A stretch of DNA of 64,000 nt from positions 8,825,957 through 8,889,956 of the forward strand of contig MU053881.1 in NCBI GenBank assembly GCA_013239625.1, in the 5' to 3' direction. The notes below the pieces were generated by a model, which was not told the DNA's origin, did no database searches, and was given only the letters and a program-made list of their open reading frames with translations. This document shows, in pieces, positions 12,623-24,730 of this stretch. Both the position numbers and the translations under genes were made by a program. The DNA is from Lama guanicoe. Lineage: Eukaryota. Position 1 is the stretch's first letter, and every line of letters starts with the position of its first letter.

Positions 12623-14304
12623 TTATACTTTGTATTACTGTGTATAATTAAAAGAGAGAGAAATGGAATTCCTCCTCCTTCAGGAAGCCTTTCCGGATTG
12701 CATCAGATGAAATCCAGTGGCTTCCTAAATGTACAGTGACGAGCGTAAGATACCTTCTGGTTGCTCTGTTCTAGGACTAAGCTTGGAGCTAAAACTGGTA
12801 CATTTTATACTGAACAACTCCACTTGGCCATATGTAGCTCATTCATTCAGTATTTGCAAATCTCACTCACTTACACATGGTGTATAATCAGGAACAGTTT
12901 TCATTCTATGGGATTCTCTTTGGACTGAGCCTAGCAAAGTCGTATGCTAGTTGCCACTTGATAAAGCCTTTCATGTTCTCTGAGAGAAATCTAAAGAAGC
13001 GACAGTTCTCTCCTCAAGACTCCTTTTGCCTTCTCTCCAATGAAATTCCCTACACTGGGCAAATGACCTGTGAGCTAAGCCGCGAACCATTTTCAATCAC
13101 TTGTTTCTACGTTCAGTCCTTTACTCGTGTCTTCATTTTCTCACGTGCCCATTCACTCGGCAATTAATCACTGAGCATCACCCCGAGTCTGATAGGTTTC
13201 TGAGGTCACAGAATCTCTGACCTCTAGGAAAGGAAACAAAATCAGTCATAACCTACGATGACCTTTCGGTTGAACCACAAAAATCCCACCTTAACCCTTT
13301 TTTCCCCTTGTGGTTGCTAGCTATCAAAATGCTTCATTTTTTATGTATGTTTCAATTCACATTTCAGTTCACGCATAAACATTTTCTGAGAGCCACTATG
13401 CCATATTACTGTGAGAAAGTTTCATATGTGTCTATATTAAACTAAACATGAATCCTTTCCCTCTCTCCCCATTCTGGTCTTACCTCCTAAGGCTAACTCA
13501 CTATTCTGTTGGGGTCTACCTATGTGCATGTCTCAACGTACAAGGTTGTTTTTTTTTTGCTAGCGTACCATTTTAAGGATGCTCCGTGACACAGAGAGAA
13601 GTTAACAAGAATGTTAATTATTACCTGTGGAGAGAAACTATAACATTTTGATTCATTTGTGTTTTCAACGGAATGTGGTATTTATCAACTGTCTTTTATG
13701 TTTAACTCTAGAGAACAGAGCATGGCGAATTGGAGCGCTCAATTATGCACGTGGAATACAAGAATTATATTGCTTTCTTAGCAAGGTTCAGACTTGGAAT
13801 TTTCCTGCCCTGAATTCTGCATCACACCAGCAAGACACATATGCCTTCGGGGTATTCTCCGCTCACATAAAGTGGAGTGAGACATCTGGATTCATGACGT
13901 GAAAATGGAAGCGGAGGATACGAAGAAGTTTCGCCACTGGGGTTCACTCCGATTGTCCTGTCTGCATCTGTCTGTGCATCTGCAAATGCCCTGAGCTCAT
14001 GGCCCTCATTCCATGAACGGCACAGACACACATCATTTATAGGTTTTCCTAATTAAAACACATGTAATCTGAACTAAAGAATAAACCGTAAATAGAATTG
14101 AGGAAAGCAGGCAAGCACACTTCATGCTTCTTTAAAAAAAAAAGTTAATTTTAACATTAAAAAGACAAAAAAATTTAAGGACTATTTCATTAGGAAACTG
14201 AAAAAAAGAAAATGACCTATGAAATTAACTAGAAGCAGCCCATGACAAAAGAGAGCACGATGCTAGAACATTCTTTTGACAGACGTGAAAGCTAATCAAA
14301 ATAT

Positions 14305-14945
14305 CATGATGGGAAGGACTCTCCTACATTGCTGGTGGGGATGCAAAACGGTACGATCACCCTCGAAAACAGTTTGCCAGTTTCCCACGATGCTACACTT
14401 AACGACACAAACCAATAATCCCAACCCCAGGTATTTACCCTAGAGAAACGAAAATGCACGTTCACCCAGAAACCCACCCGGGAAAGTACTGTAGCAGCTC
14501 TGTGCGTCATCGTCAAACTGGGAACAACTCATGTCCTACAAGAGGTGAGTGGATACAAAGTGTGGTACAAGCGAACAGCGTGCAGCAATGAAAGGAAATC
14601 AACCAATGATACAACAACGGGGATGCATCGCAAAGGCACCACGCGGAATGAAAGAAGTCAGCTTCAGAAGGGCACACACTGCGTGATGCCGTTCCTGGGA
14701 CATTCTCAAAAAAACAAAACCTTAGTGACTGCAAACACATCAGTGACTGCCAGGGGTTGGGGACCGAGGGACGGTGTGACTACAAATGGATGGCAAAGAG
14801 GGTTTTGGAGGTGATAGAGCTGTTCTGCGTCACGACCGCGGTAGTGGATGTGCAAACCTACATGCATGTTAAAATTCATACAGCTCTACACAACGAAGGT
14901 AATTTGACTGTATGTTCATTTAAAAACACAATAAAACAAAAATTC
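14305..14945 (+). mobile_element. Old L1 (L1MB-ME class) ORF2 end and 3' UTR
   Basis: acattgctggtggggatgcaaaacggtac...ggtatttaccctagagaaacgaaaa...cagtgactgccaggggttggg...gttaaaattcatacagctctacac. Confidence 0.85.
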
Positions 14946-15959
14946 AACACCTTGATGGATGCTAAGAGCAGGACAGAATTATTTGGTATTGAGAGGGGAA
15001 GAGACTTGCATCAGATCAGGAGCTGTTTCAGGTAAAGAGGTCGAGGCTCTTCTCCGAAAAACAAGGGAGCAAATAAACCCCTAGGCTCGAACATCTGTTT
15101 TCTATCTATATAATATCGCATCCTTAAAAATCAAAAAAGCACACTGGCACTAAACCCGAAAACTGGAACCAACGTCTGTGTAGGCATCCTATCGGCGTGT
15201 CGCTGATAGTTTCTGTATTTGAATTTATTGGAATCTTGTCTGCTGAGGTGGGTGCATCTCTTGCAAACTGTTTAGGAGAAGCTACTGTGGAAAAGGAGGA
15301 CAGGATGGCTTTGCTTTGCGACGCTGTCTGTTTCTCTACTGACACTCAGCACAATCCATAACCTTGCAGAAACATTAACAGGACTGCGTTATTCATCACA
15401 ATAAGATTATTAGCTGATGGGAAACAAATTACAGAGCTTCACGATCTGCTATACTTCCTGACTGCATACAAGGCAATTTTTCATCAATGGAAATTGCTAC
15501 CCAGGAAGAGAAGCTTCTGTTTGTCTTATGAAATTTCCCACAGTAGAAGGGGTCAATGCTGGGAGCAAAAAACAAAACAAAACAAAGCAGGCTAATAGAA
15601 TAACAGAAAAAAAAGTTGTAAAAGTATTTAGAATGAACCCCCCTTGGGGGCCCACAGTTCAACCACATGTCAGGGGGAGATACGGCACATAAGCTGGGAG
15701 AGGTGGAGAAAAATCACACCTGTTTTGTTTAATGTGATGGCACAGCTCTGCATGATGCCATGGATTTATCAGAAAAACACCTTCAGGAATGGAGGGGATG
15801 CTAGCAGTGGATACAGGTCTGGCACTGGATGTGACCATCTTCACTGACTTAGCTTGTTCTGGTCCCTGTGCCGTGAATGCCAGCAACTGGCAAATGCTTT
15901 CTCATCTCGTACATCTCATATCCGCCTGAAATACCTTCCTGACCGCTCTCTCCCCCTGC

Positions 15960-16130
15960 ACGTGGGAGGGACTCTTCTCTCTGAGCTCCGGGTACCACAT
16001 CCAGATGCTACTTTCCCACGGGCCGCTCCTTACTGTCCTTGTCCCCTTGCATGAGGGACAGGTCCTGGGTCTGTTTCCTGATGGGGTGGAGGGGAAGCAC
16101 AGAAACTCCTTGTTGGTTAATGGATGGATG
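15960..16130 (+). mobile_element. Probable L2 3' fragment
   Basis: catgagggacaggtcctgggtctgttt...gcacagaaactccttgttggttaatggatggatg. Confidence 0.4.
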
Positions 16131-17689
16131 AAAAGGGCTATCAGGGTTGCCGACAGCAACGGCTTAACCTGGGGAAACAGGTGTGGTGTAATTAGCATAG
16201 TGTCTGTGCGGCTCCAGCACCCGTGACCCACATCGGTCCTGTCCGTCAGACCCAGGCGCTTCCTAACTGATGGGGATGGGAACTAGCAGAGAGGAGAGGG
16301 AAGTCCAGGAAAATGACACTGCCTGCGCTCACAGCAGGGACTGCATCTGGCGAGGGCTGGTCCCGGGAAGGGGATGAGGGCAGAGTGTGAGAAGCAAGAA
16401 TTCTAACCAGGAGACCGGAGACACTGACAAGTAACAGGATGCCCCGTTGTGCTAACTGCTCTTCTTTACTTCTTGGTTTCTGGCTCAGTTGGTAGAGCAG
16501 TTCACACCTTATTTTCTCTTCCCTTCCTGGGCACACCTTTTCCCGAGCTCTGCCCTGGTCCCTCAGGTGTTCTGACCTTTCCCTTTTTTGCACACTCAGG
16601 AGGACGTAGCAAAAAATTGTTTTGATATTTCCTGCCCCTTTTCTTTGCTTCCAGCCTCAGGAGAAGTCAATAAAAAAAAAAATCACTCTGCCTACCTGGG
16701 CGGTTCAAGGACAGTGCTGCCTGTACAACCGTCCGGCTGGCCTTGTGGTCAGCGAGGGGTCCTCTGTCGCAATGGCTCAGGACACAAACACCAGGCCCCG
16801 GAAAGCCGTCGCTGCCTGGGCTGGAGCCGAGGTGCCGGTGTGTGGAGCCCGGCCGAGTGAGGAGAGCCTTGCGGGAGAGCAGGGAGCTGCAGCGATGCGC
16901 CAGCAGCCCCGGGTCAGAAGGCGGGAGCGATCCGTCTTCCCCCCCGGGGGCTCACGCTGCCAGTCTGGTTAATACCCAAAGGCTCTCGACGTTTCTCATT
17001 GCTCCAGCCAAACTCCCTCGTCCCAATTTCCTCCTCCGAAGCAGCCCTTTCTCTGTGTTACATCAGTGGCTAGACGTGTCCTCAGGGCTTGTTTTTCCAG
17101 AAGGAAGCGTCCCTTTTCCAGGTCCTTGCTTTTAGAGGTCACGACCAGTGTAGCATGTCTGCACCCCTACTGGGTTACATTCTGGGAATACACTGAGGGG
17201 TGGGTTGAAGACAAACCAGTTTGTAAGAAAATTGCAGGAGAGGAAATCTGAATCTTTTTTCCTTTTAGGAGAGGGTCTGGTTTTTGGAGTTCAGTGAAAT
17301 GCTATTGTTCCAGTCCACTTCCATCCTCCCTTTCTGCCCTTGGTGAGGGACAAACAATTAACGTGACAGGATGCTGGAAATCCACAACCCGTGGGAGTTT
17401 AGAGTAGGATCTGATGTAGAATGACGTGGGTGGGTTCTTCTAGAAAACAGCCTTTCTCAACCTAACCAAAGACGGTAGTCCAGGGGTTGACAGTGTTCTG
17501 GGGGCATTAAGTCCAGTTTAGCCTGATTTCCAGAACTCGTCTGATAATTCTAAATCAAGTAGCACCTTCTGTAAGGAGCAATGTCAGTTGTCTTCACCAT
17601 ATTTATACTTTTACGTACTCTCCTTGAGTACTCTGTCACACTCATTTGCACACTTAACCATAGACAATACTGATGAAAATAATCATAGT

Positions 17690-17975
17690 CCTGACAGCTA
17701 ACTTCTGTGAGCACTCTCTTTATGCCAGTGTCCGCATTAAGAACTTCATTTGCTTAACACAAAACAGTAAGGATAAGATATTTACCGAACATAGAAAAAC
17801 GAGATTATCTAAATAAGACCGCCTTACTTAGTCCTCATGGTGACCCTAAGGGAATGTGCCCATTATACAGATCAGGAGACTGAGGCTTGGGGAGGTTAAA
17901 GTCACTTGCCTCAGGCTGCATGGCTGGAAAGGAAGAACCAGCCCAGACCACCTGATTCTCCAGCCCTTTGCTCTT
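17690..17975 (-). mobile_element. MIR (fragmented)
   Basis: cccattatacagatcaggagactgaggcttggggaggttaaagtcacttgcctcagg. Confidence 0.65.
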
Positions 17976-18817
17976 CATGCTAGGTGGTCCTGGGTCACGA
18001 ATGTTTCTCTCAGCACACATTCACATCCATAAATGAGGATGGCCAATGAGTGAACTTTCCAGATAACCGAAACTAACTGTTTGCAAGTGCTTGGATATTT
18101 TTATTTTAATGGTTTGGTTTAGATATAATAATTTAAAATTAGAAGCTAAATTTGGCTGCATTTTTAGAGAGAGCATAATGAGCATAATTCAACATTTAAT
18201 TGATGACTGAAAATGTGTTAAGAGCACACATAATTGTACCAGGCAGTCACATAGCTCTGTATAGCCTTCTGATTTATTCTGTCACCTTCCTGGAGGTCAG
18301 GCTGTCAGGTGTCAATCTCTGGGTTGCTTCTGGTGGGCGCATGACACCCCTCCTGTTTTTTAAGTTCTTTTTTTTTTTTAATTATTAAGTTTGTTGAAAA
18401 CTGCATGCTTAGGCAGAACAAACAAGACCCCTTCACGAAGGCCTCGTGAAGCACAGAACCAAGGCTTTCTTAAAGCTATTTTGAGAACTTAAGAGGGCAT
18501 TTAAAAAACTTGTTTCTCAACTTGGGGTTCTATTCCAGAAAGCCAAGGTTGCCAAGGACCTGTGGAGAACACTCATGGTGTTCTGAATGGCTCCTTAACT
18601 GGTTTCTGTACAGGATCTCTTTTTTTTTTTTCCTCCCAGCTGGACTGTAAAACTGAAAGGTGGTGATCACTATATATTTGGAAAACAAACACTAGCCAGA
18701 GCTCAGGCCAGGGCTGTGGAGATAAGCACCTCCCCTCTGAGAATTTCGAGTGGAGTTCTTTTCAATAAGATGTGGAGGCTGCTCTGGGGGAGAAGCAAGG
18801 GACGCCTGGCTTGGTCT

Positions 18818-19084
18818 TGGGGTTGGCAAGCTGTGGCCCACGGGCCATTCCCAGACCCTGAGCTACGAATATTTTGTACATTTTTGAAGGGTAAGAAAGA
18901 AAGAAAGAAAGGGAGGGGGGAGGGAGGAAAGGAGAGAGGGAGGGAGGGAGGGAGGGAGGAAGGAAGGAAGAAAGAAAGAGTAAGAAAGAAAAATGTGCAA
19001 TGGAGACCATATGTGGCTCTCAAAGTGAAGCCTGGAATGTTTACTATCTGGACCTTTACAGAAAAAAAATTTGCTGTCTTCTGG
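18818..19084. mobile_element. hAT-Charlie MER58-like element with internal purine microsatellite
   Basis: ggggttggcaagctgtggcccacgggcca...gagctacgaatattttgtacattttt...gagaccatatgtggc...tttactatctggacctttacagaaaaaaaatttgct; GAAA/GGGA tract at about 18894-18992. Confidence 0.8.
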
Positions 19085-20900
19085 CCTAGTGGATAAGGGA
19101 AGGCTTCCTGGAGGAAGAGGTACAAAAGCAGCCTCATAAATTCATCCTAGTCTATTCCAGTCTTACACACACACGCACATATGTTGATTACAGGTATATG
19201 ACTGAATGAACGAAACACACAGGTGTAACTGGTAGGTTCAATTAGTTCTAATCACAGACTATGGTTCTGGCTTGTTCCACTGGGCTGATACCTTGAGCAA
19301 ACACAGATTCTCCATCAGACACATTCACATTAGCATATTGGAGAAACAACTGAAGAAAAAAAAAATGTAAAGAAACAACTGAGTTTCCTTTCTGAGGTTC
19401 CACGTTACATCCAATCTGCTCAGGATTGAGCCATTCAAATACGGAATTACAGCAAGGGGCGCGCTGCGAAGTGTCTGATAAATTACACCGCACAGAAGTT
19501 AACACCCCTCCTCCCCGCTACCTGCAATCAGCCTCCCTACTTACAACTGCTCACCTAGGCAGCTCTGCACGGACGATGGTAAAATCAGCAAACACATCTT
19601 TTTCTTCTCTGGTGTTTTCTATCTCGCCTACTTTTTGGGCTTCATTGAAACAGAAATGTCACACTGCTATCTTTAGAACACTCACAGAGTTTGAACTAAA
19701 AAAACGCTGTAGCTGATGCCCTAGACAAAAAAAGTGAGGGGATGCAGATTTCATCCTGGAACAGCCAAAGTAGACACGGTTTCAAAACAGCTATTAATCT
19801 GTGATGGGGAAAAGGCAGAAAGGCATAGGATCTTCCTTCCAACCACAGTCAAAGCCAAAGTTAAAGAATCCAGCTATTTCTGAAGCAATTAGCAGTCTGT
19901 ATTATTTCCCAACACTCATGAACAGAATCATTTTGAAAACCAGGGCTCTTGACACGTTTCACTATAAAATCAATTACTTTTAAAAGCAAGAAGCTCATTC
20001 TCCGCCCCGGGAACATATGATCCACCACCTGCCTGTTACAAGAGATGCTTCGTGCTTTTTTAAAAAATGGGCTTATGGGATTGGGGTGCTCTTCCTTCTG
20101 GTGTCACCCGCACATTTCAGCAATTAGGAATTTCAAATTCATCCCGTGCTTCTATGACCATGATGTGGCCCGGTATACAAGCGTGCTGAGCCTACACCAG
20201 CAGGAAGCTTTCCTGTCCTGTTAGGAATTATGTTTTCCAAACCTGATATGATCTTAATGATGAGAAGGGCACTTATACCTTAGTTCAATCTCTGACATCA
20301 TTGTGAAAGCTCAGTAGCTCCCCTGCAGGTGGAAAAAAGCTGATTCAGGGGAATACTGTCTGTATCTGTTTGCATAGCAAGAAGCAGGTCTGAACTTCTT
20401 TTCTTAGAGATGTTTCGAGGATGACATGTTCATTTTCGTCAAAGGCAAGTGATTTAAAAGTTTCTCTTGTGCTGGCAGTCTCTCTAGCAAGGGGACCTGG
20501 GCTGATTACCCATGGCGGTGTTTTCCAGGGGTCAAAAGGTGCTATTTCCTTTGCAGAGCATTTAGTGTCAAGTGTGGTCAGAATGGTGCTACGTTACTTT
20601 GAGAGCTTTTGCTTTTTGGAGAAAAGGGAAATCATTCCTCCCGGCTAAGGCTGGCGCTGACGAAGTCGTGTTACGGAACTAGACGGTACGATGCACGTAT
20701 TTCTCAGCCCGTGTTTTAAACTGACCGTTTTCTGCCAGAGCAAAAACAGTAACATTTTCTGGCCATTTTTAAATGTCAGTTAATGCATTTCCTGTTTGGT
20801 TCAATTAAAGGCCCTTTGAAAATCATGTTTTCTTTCCCCCAAATCTCTTTCTGCTCTAAGAAGGATCTATTCACTATCAGAAACTGGATAAGCATCTGTT

Positions 20901-20966
20901 AAAAAAAAAAAAAAGAAAGAAAGAAAAGAAAAAAAAAAAAAGGAAAAGAAAGGAAAAGGAAAAAAG
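20901..20966. repeat. A-rich polypurine tract
   Basis: Uninterrupted A/G run of about 65 nt. Confidence 0.9.
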
Positions 20967-22659
20967 TTCAGTTGACCTTAAATCAATTGTCAATAGACTA
21001 TTGAAAATCAGGATTTTTGGAACAAGCCAGAAGTCTATGCCAAAAAGACAAAAAACAAAACCTTTTTTTTTTTGATTCTTCATTAATTCTTCATATAATG
21101 TCACTAATATATTTGTTCTTGCTACAAATTGAAAATTTTATGTCTAAACACCCATCAGAATCCAGATAAAAATTAATTGTTAAACAATTTGTATCTGTAG
21201 GGATGTGTCTCGGGTCGTGTCAAACCTGTCTTTTAAGTTACCTCTGAAAAAGCCTCCTCAGTCTGAGATAGGCCAGACCCAATTGATCTTTTTATGTCTC
21301 TGGTCTTCTCTGGAAGAAAGTAAAAATCGCTGTCTCCCCAGAGCACAGTAAAGAGATCTGAGCATGCCTCTTCTTTAAGCAATAACCATTAATATGGGCT
21401 CCGCTTGGAGCAGACATCTGTAACGCTCTGGGCTGTATTTTCTGGCGTGATAACAGTGTTGTCTTGAGAACTGGTGCATGAAGAGGACAGAAGGCAGACA
21501 GGCAGGGCTGAGCCGCTCGCTTGTGGCCCTGTCTAAGGGACGACACTCTTCTCTTGCAGGAAAACCAAGCCCAGAGCCATAGAGAGAAGTCTCACAAACC
21601 TTCCCCCGCCCACTTTGTCAGGCTCTAGCTCACGGCCCGTGGCCGACCTGGACTAGGAACCACTCTCTCGTGTAAGGATTCAAAGCGATCTGAAATAAGA
21701 ACTCTGGAGAACATGTCCTGACCTCCTTTCAGGTCCAGACCCCAGCTTCTCTGACAGCCCATCCGACGGGCCATCTTTTCTCGGAAACGAGCCAGAAATC
21801 ATGCTTAAGAGGTTCCACAGCCAGGAACTGAGGATCTCTTTTGTCCCTGGGCCTGAGTCTGCTGCTGAGAACACAGTGGTGCCTGAGAGTTCGCCCTCGT
21901 CCTGGAGGGGGTTGTAGTCCAGTCGGAGGGGCAGACAACTTCAGCAGAACTTGATAAGTGGGGTGAAAGGAGAGGGTGCAGGGTGCTCTGAAACTGTCTT
22001 CTTGTGACGATAAAACAACAAAAACTCCGAAGCTTTCGCGTGGATTCAGAATTTCCTAGGCTAGAGCCATTTCACGGGCAAGCGAGGCCGACGGCGACAT
22101 CCTCGCAAGGGCCCGTCTCACACGCTCCTGGGAAAGTCCAGGAATTACCCGCCCGCCTTCACACATTCTTCCCACACACATTTGGGAGTCTCTTACGCGC
22201 CCTGCAAGATACAGGCGCATCGCCCCACCGTCAGTTATCACTGAATAATTAAAGGCGCTGCTCTTCCCATCGGATGTAATTTCGGAAACATGAAAGCTCT
22301 AGCGACGGGCCTAAAACTCTGTCTCCCACAGCTCTACTACGGGGCCTAGAATGACACTAGGGATGTCCCTTGCGGGCCTAGAGGAAACAGACGCCTTCCT
22401 GACGTGTTAGGGCTGCAGGTGACCCAGTTGACCTAATTCTCACTCAGCATCTCATCAAGGCTCAGGGTCCAGCAGGACTGGGGAACCGAAGCGGTAAGTT
22501 CTGAGGTTGGAGTGAGGATGAGACGGGACCCTCAGCTATTTTGTGTGTGTGGGGGGGGCGGTGGTTTAGAGAAGGTAAGAAAATGCTAATAGAAGAAATG
22601 AGAAAAGACGTGGATAACATTCCATACTTGTCTCAGATTCTTATAGCTCCCCCTCCCCC

Positions 22660-22749
22660 AGGAGGAGGAGGAAGAGGAAGACAAAGAGGGGAGGAGGAAG
22701 AAGAAAAAGAGGAAGGAGAGGAAGAAGAAAAGGACGAAGGAGGAGGAGG
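22660..22749. repeat. GAG/GAA purine-rich low-complexity tract
   Basis: ggaggaggaggaagaggaag...gaaggaggaggagg, almost pyrimidine-free. Confidence 0.9.
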
Positions 22750-23737
22750 TTTAGGTGCAATTAACTGATTTTCCTTTCTGCAAAATGGGATGAACCGTAT
22801 CAAGCCACCTCCCGGACACTGTTGGGCATATTGGGATAATGTTGGTGATATCCTTGTCAAAAAAAAAGAAAAGAAGAGAAAAAAGAAAAACAGTTGGCCT
22901 TCTTAAAGCACACTCTGATAATCACTGGCATGTGTAACTCACAGCCTCAGCCTTACCCCGGCAGACACTTGGCGAAGGCGCAGTCCCCGCGCCGGGCGTG
23001 CTGCAGTCGGGGGCAAGTGCCAGGAGACAGGCTGCGGTGGGGCCTGAAGGATGACATCCTGCAGCCGTAGGCAGGCAGCCTCACTCCAGCTGCTGAATCC
23101 CCTCCTTCTTAGTGCTGTCCAAGCCACAGCAGCCTTCCCAGGGGATTTCAATAGAGAAATAAAACACCCCCAGACCTGGGTTCTGATACTGCATTCATTG
23201 CTTGCTTTCCTCAAATGCAAAGCACCTGCACGAGGAGGCACCCTGCCCTCCCTCCCTGTGTGCAGTGCACACCAGGAAGCCCTCTGCAAGGATGGGGGGG
23301 GGATAATTGATTTATGCACTTAAGGCGCCCAAGGGAGTGACATAAACCCAGCTGGTGTCCCTGCATCCAGGAGACCACGTTAGCACGACTGTATTATCCG
23401 AGAAATGCGCAAAACCACATGTGGCTGACGTCTCCCCCACCCGACTCAGCAGCTCGGATGCCTCAGCGGCACTATTTTCTCCACAATGTCAGTGGAATAA
23501 TGGTCCATTCGAGAAAGGACTTCCTTGTATTCCATGGCAACTTTGGAGTGATAAGAATTGGGAAGAAATGGGGAGCAACATACTTTCTGACCTTAAATGG
23601 ATGAAGTCAGCCAAATTGAAAGAGTCGATGTTTAATCATGAGCACACAAAGCAAAAATCAAAATAAAAGTGAAGAAATCAAAACACATTTAACAATACTT
23701 AAAACCCGTTTTCTTTCTCTTTCCCATAAAAAGTGTA

Positions 23738-23759
23738 TACACACACACACACACACACA
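23738..23759. repeat. (CA)n microsatellite
   Basis: Directly visible. Confidence 0.9.
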
Positions 23760-23834
23760 GAGAGCAGGTTACTTATAAGAAGACAAAAATTCAAATCCCA
23801 AGCTGTTAATACCAAATGTTTGTTGTTTTGTTTT

Positions 23835-24730
23835 AATTAAACCTTTAAAATTTAAGATCATTGTAGATTCGCAAGCAGTTGTAAGACGAATGCAAAGATG
23901 CCAAGTACCCTTTACCTGGTTTCCCCTAACTGAAACCAGCATCCTGCAAAACAACAGCAACAATGTGACAACTAAGGTGTTGACACTGTCCCAGCCAAGA
24001 TGCAGAACGTTTCCATCACCATCACCAAGGGGACCCCTCATAATGCTCTTTTATAGCCACGCCCACTTCTCTTCCACCCCCCCTTTTTTTTTTAAATTGA
24101 GGTGAATCTTAAGCATACGATTTGGAAAGTTTTGCTAAATACATGCACCCATATAACTATCAGCTCTCTCAAGATGCGGACTATATCCATCACCCCAGAA
24201 AGTTCCCACATGCCCTTTTCCAGCCAACTGACATCACCATAAGTTAGTTTTATGTGTTTTGCATTTACATGAAGGGAATGATAGGTGTGCACTGTTCTGT
24301 ATCTAACTTCTTTTGCTCAGCATAATGTTTTTGGGGTGCGTCCGTATGACGGTGTGTCTCCGAAGTCCAGCCCTTGGTATGGCTGTGCGAGATACCAGGG
24401 TTTGCTTATCCCTTCCCCTTGCGGGTGGACATTTGATTTGTTTCCAAGTTTATGGTTATGGAGAACCAAAGCTGCTATGGACATTCAGGCAAAACTCTAC
24501 TTTGGGACACACATTTTTATTTCTTTTGGGTCAATACTTAGGACTGGGATTGCTGAGTGTATGTTTTAACTGTGTAAGAAGCCAAACCATTTCTGCAAGT
24601 GATTACGTGGGTTTACAGCCCCCCACTCCACCCCATATATGAAGGACTCTACATCCTTGCCAGAATTGATGTTGTCAGTCTTTCTAATTTTAGCCATTCT
24701 GCTAAGTGTGAAATGATACCTAAGTTTTAT
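23835..24730 (-). mobile_element. Old L1 3' region(s), probably two L1M pieces
   Basis: tgtagattcgcaagcagttgtaaga...ccctttacctggtttcccc; new poly-T start at about 24084 tttttaaattgaggtgaa...ttttgctcagcataatgttttt...tgggattgctgag...tttagccattctgctaagtgtgaaatgata. Confidence 0.85.

Noticed and set aside
22488-22582. Plus-strand donors GCG|GTAAGT (22493) and AAG|GTAAGA (22575) as exon ends
   Set aside because: No matching acceptor or frame; they show that strong donors arise on both strands, which is why the minus-strand exon candidates are findings and not features
22541-22768. Acidic poly-Glu/poly-Gly ORF
   Set aside because: Translation of a GAG/GAA simple repeat without supporting context
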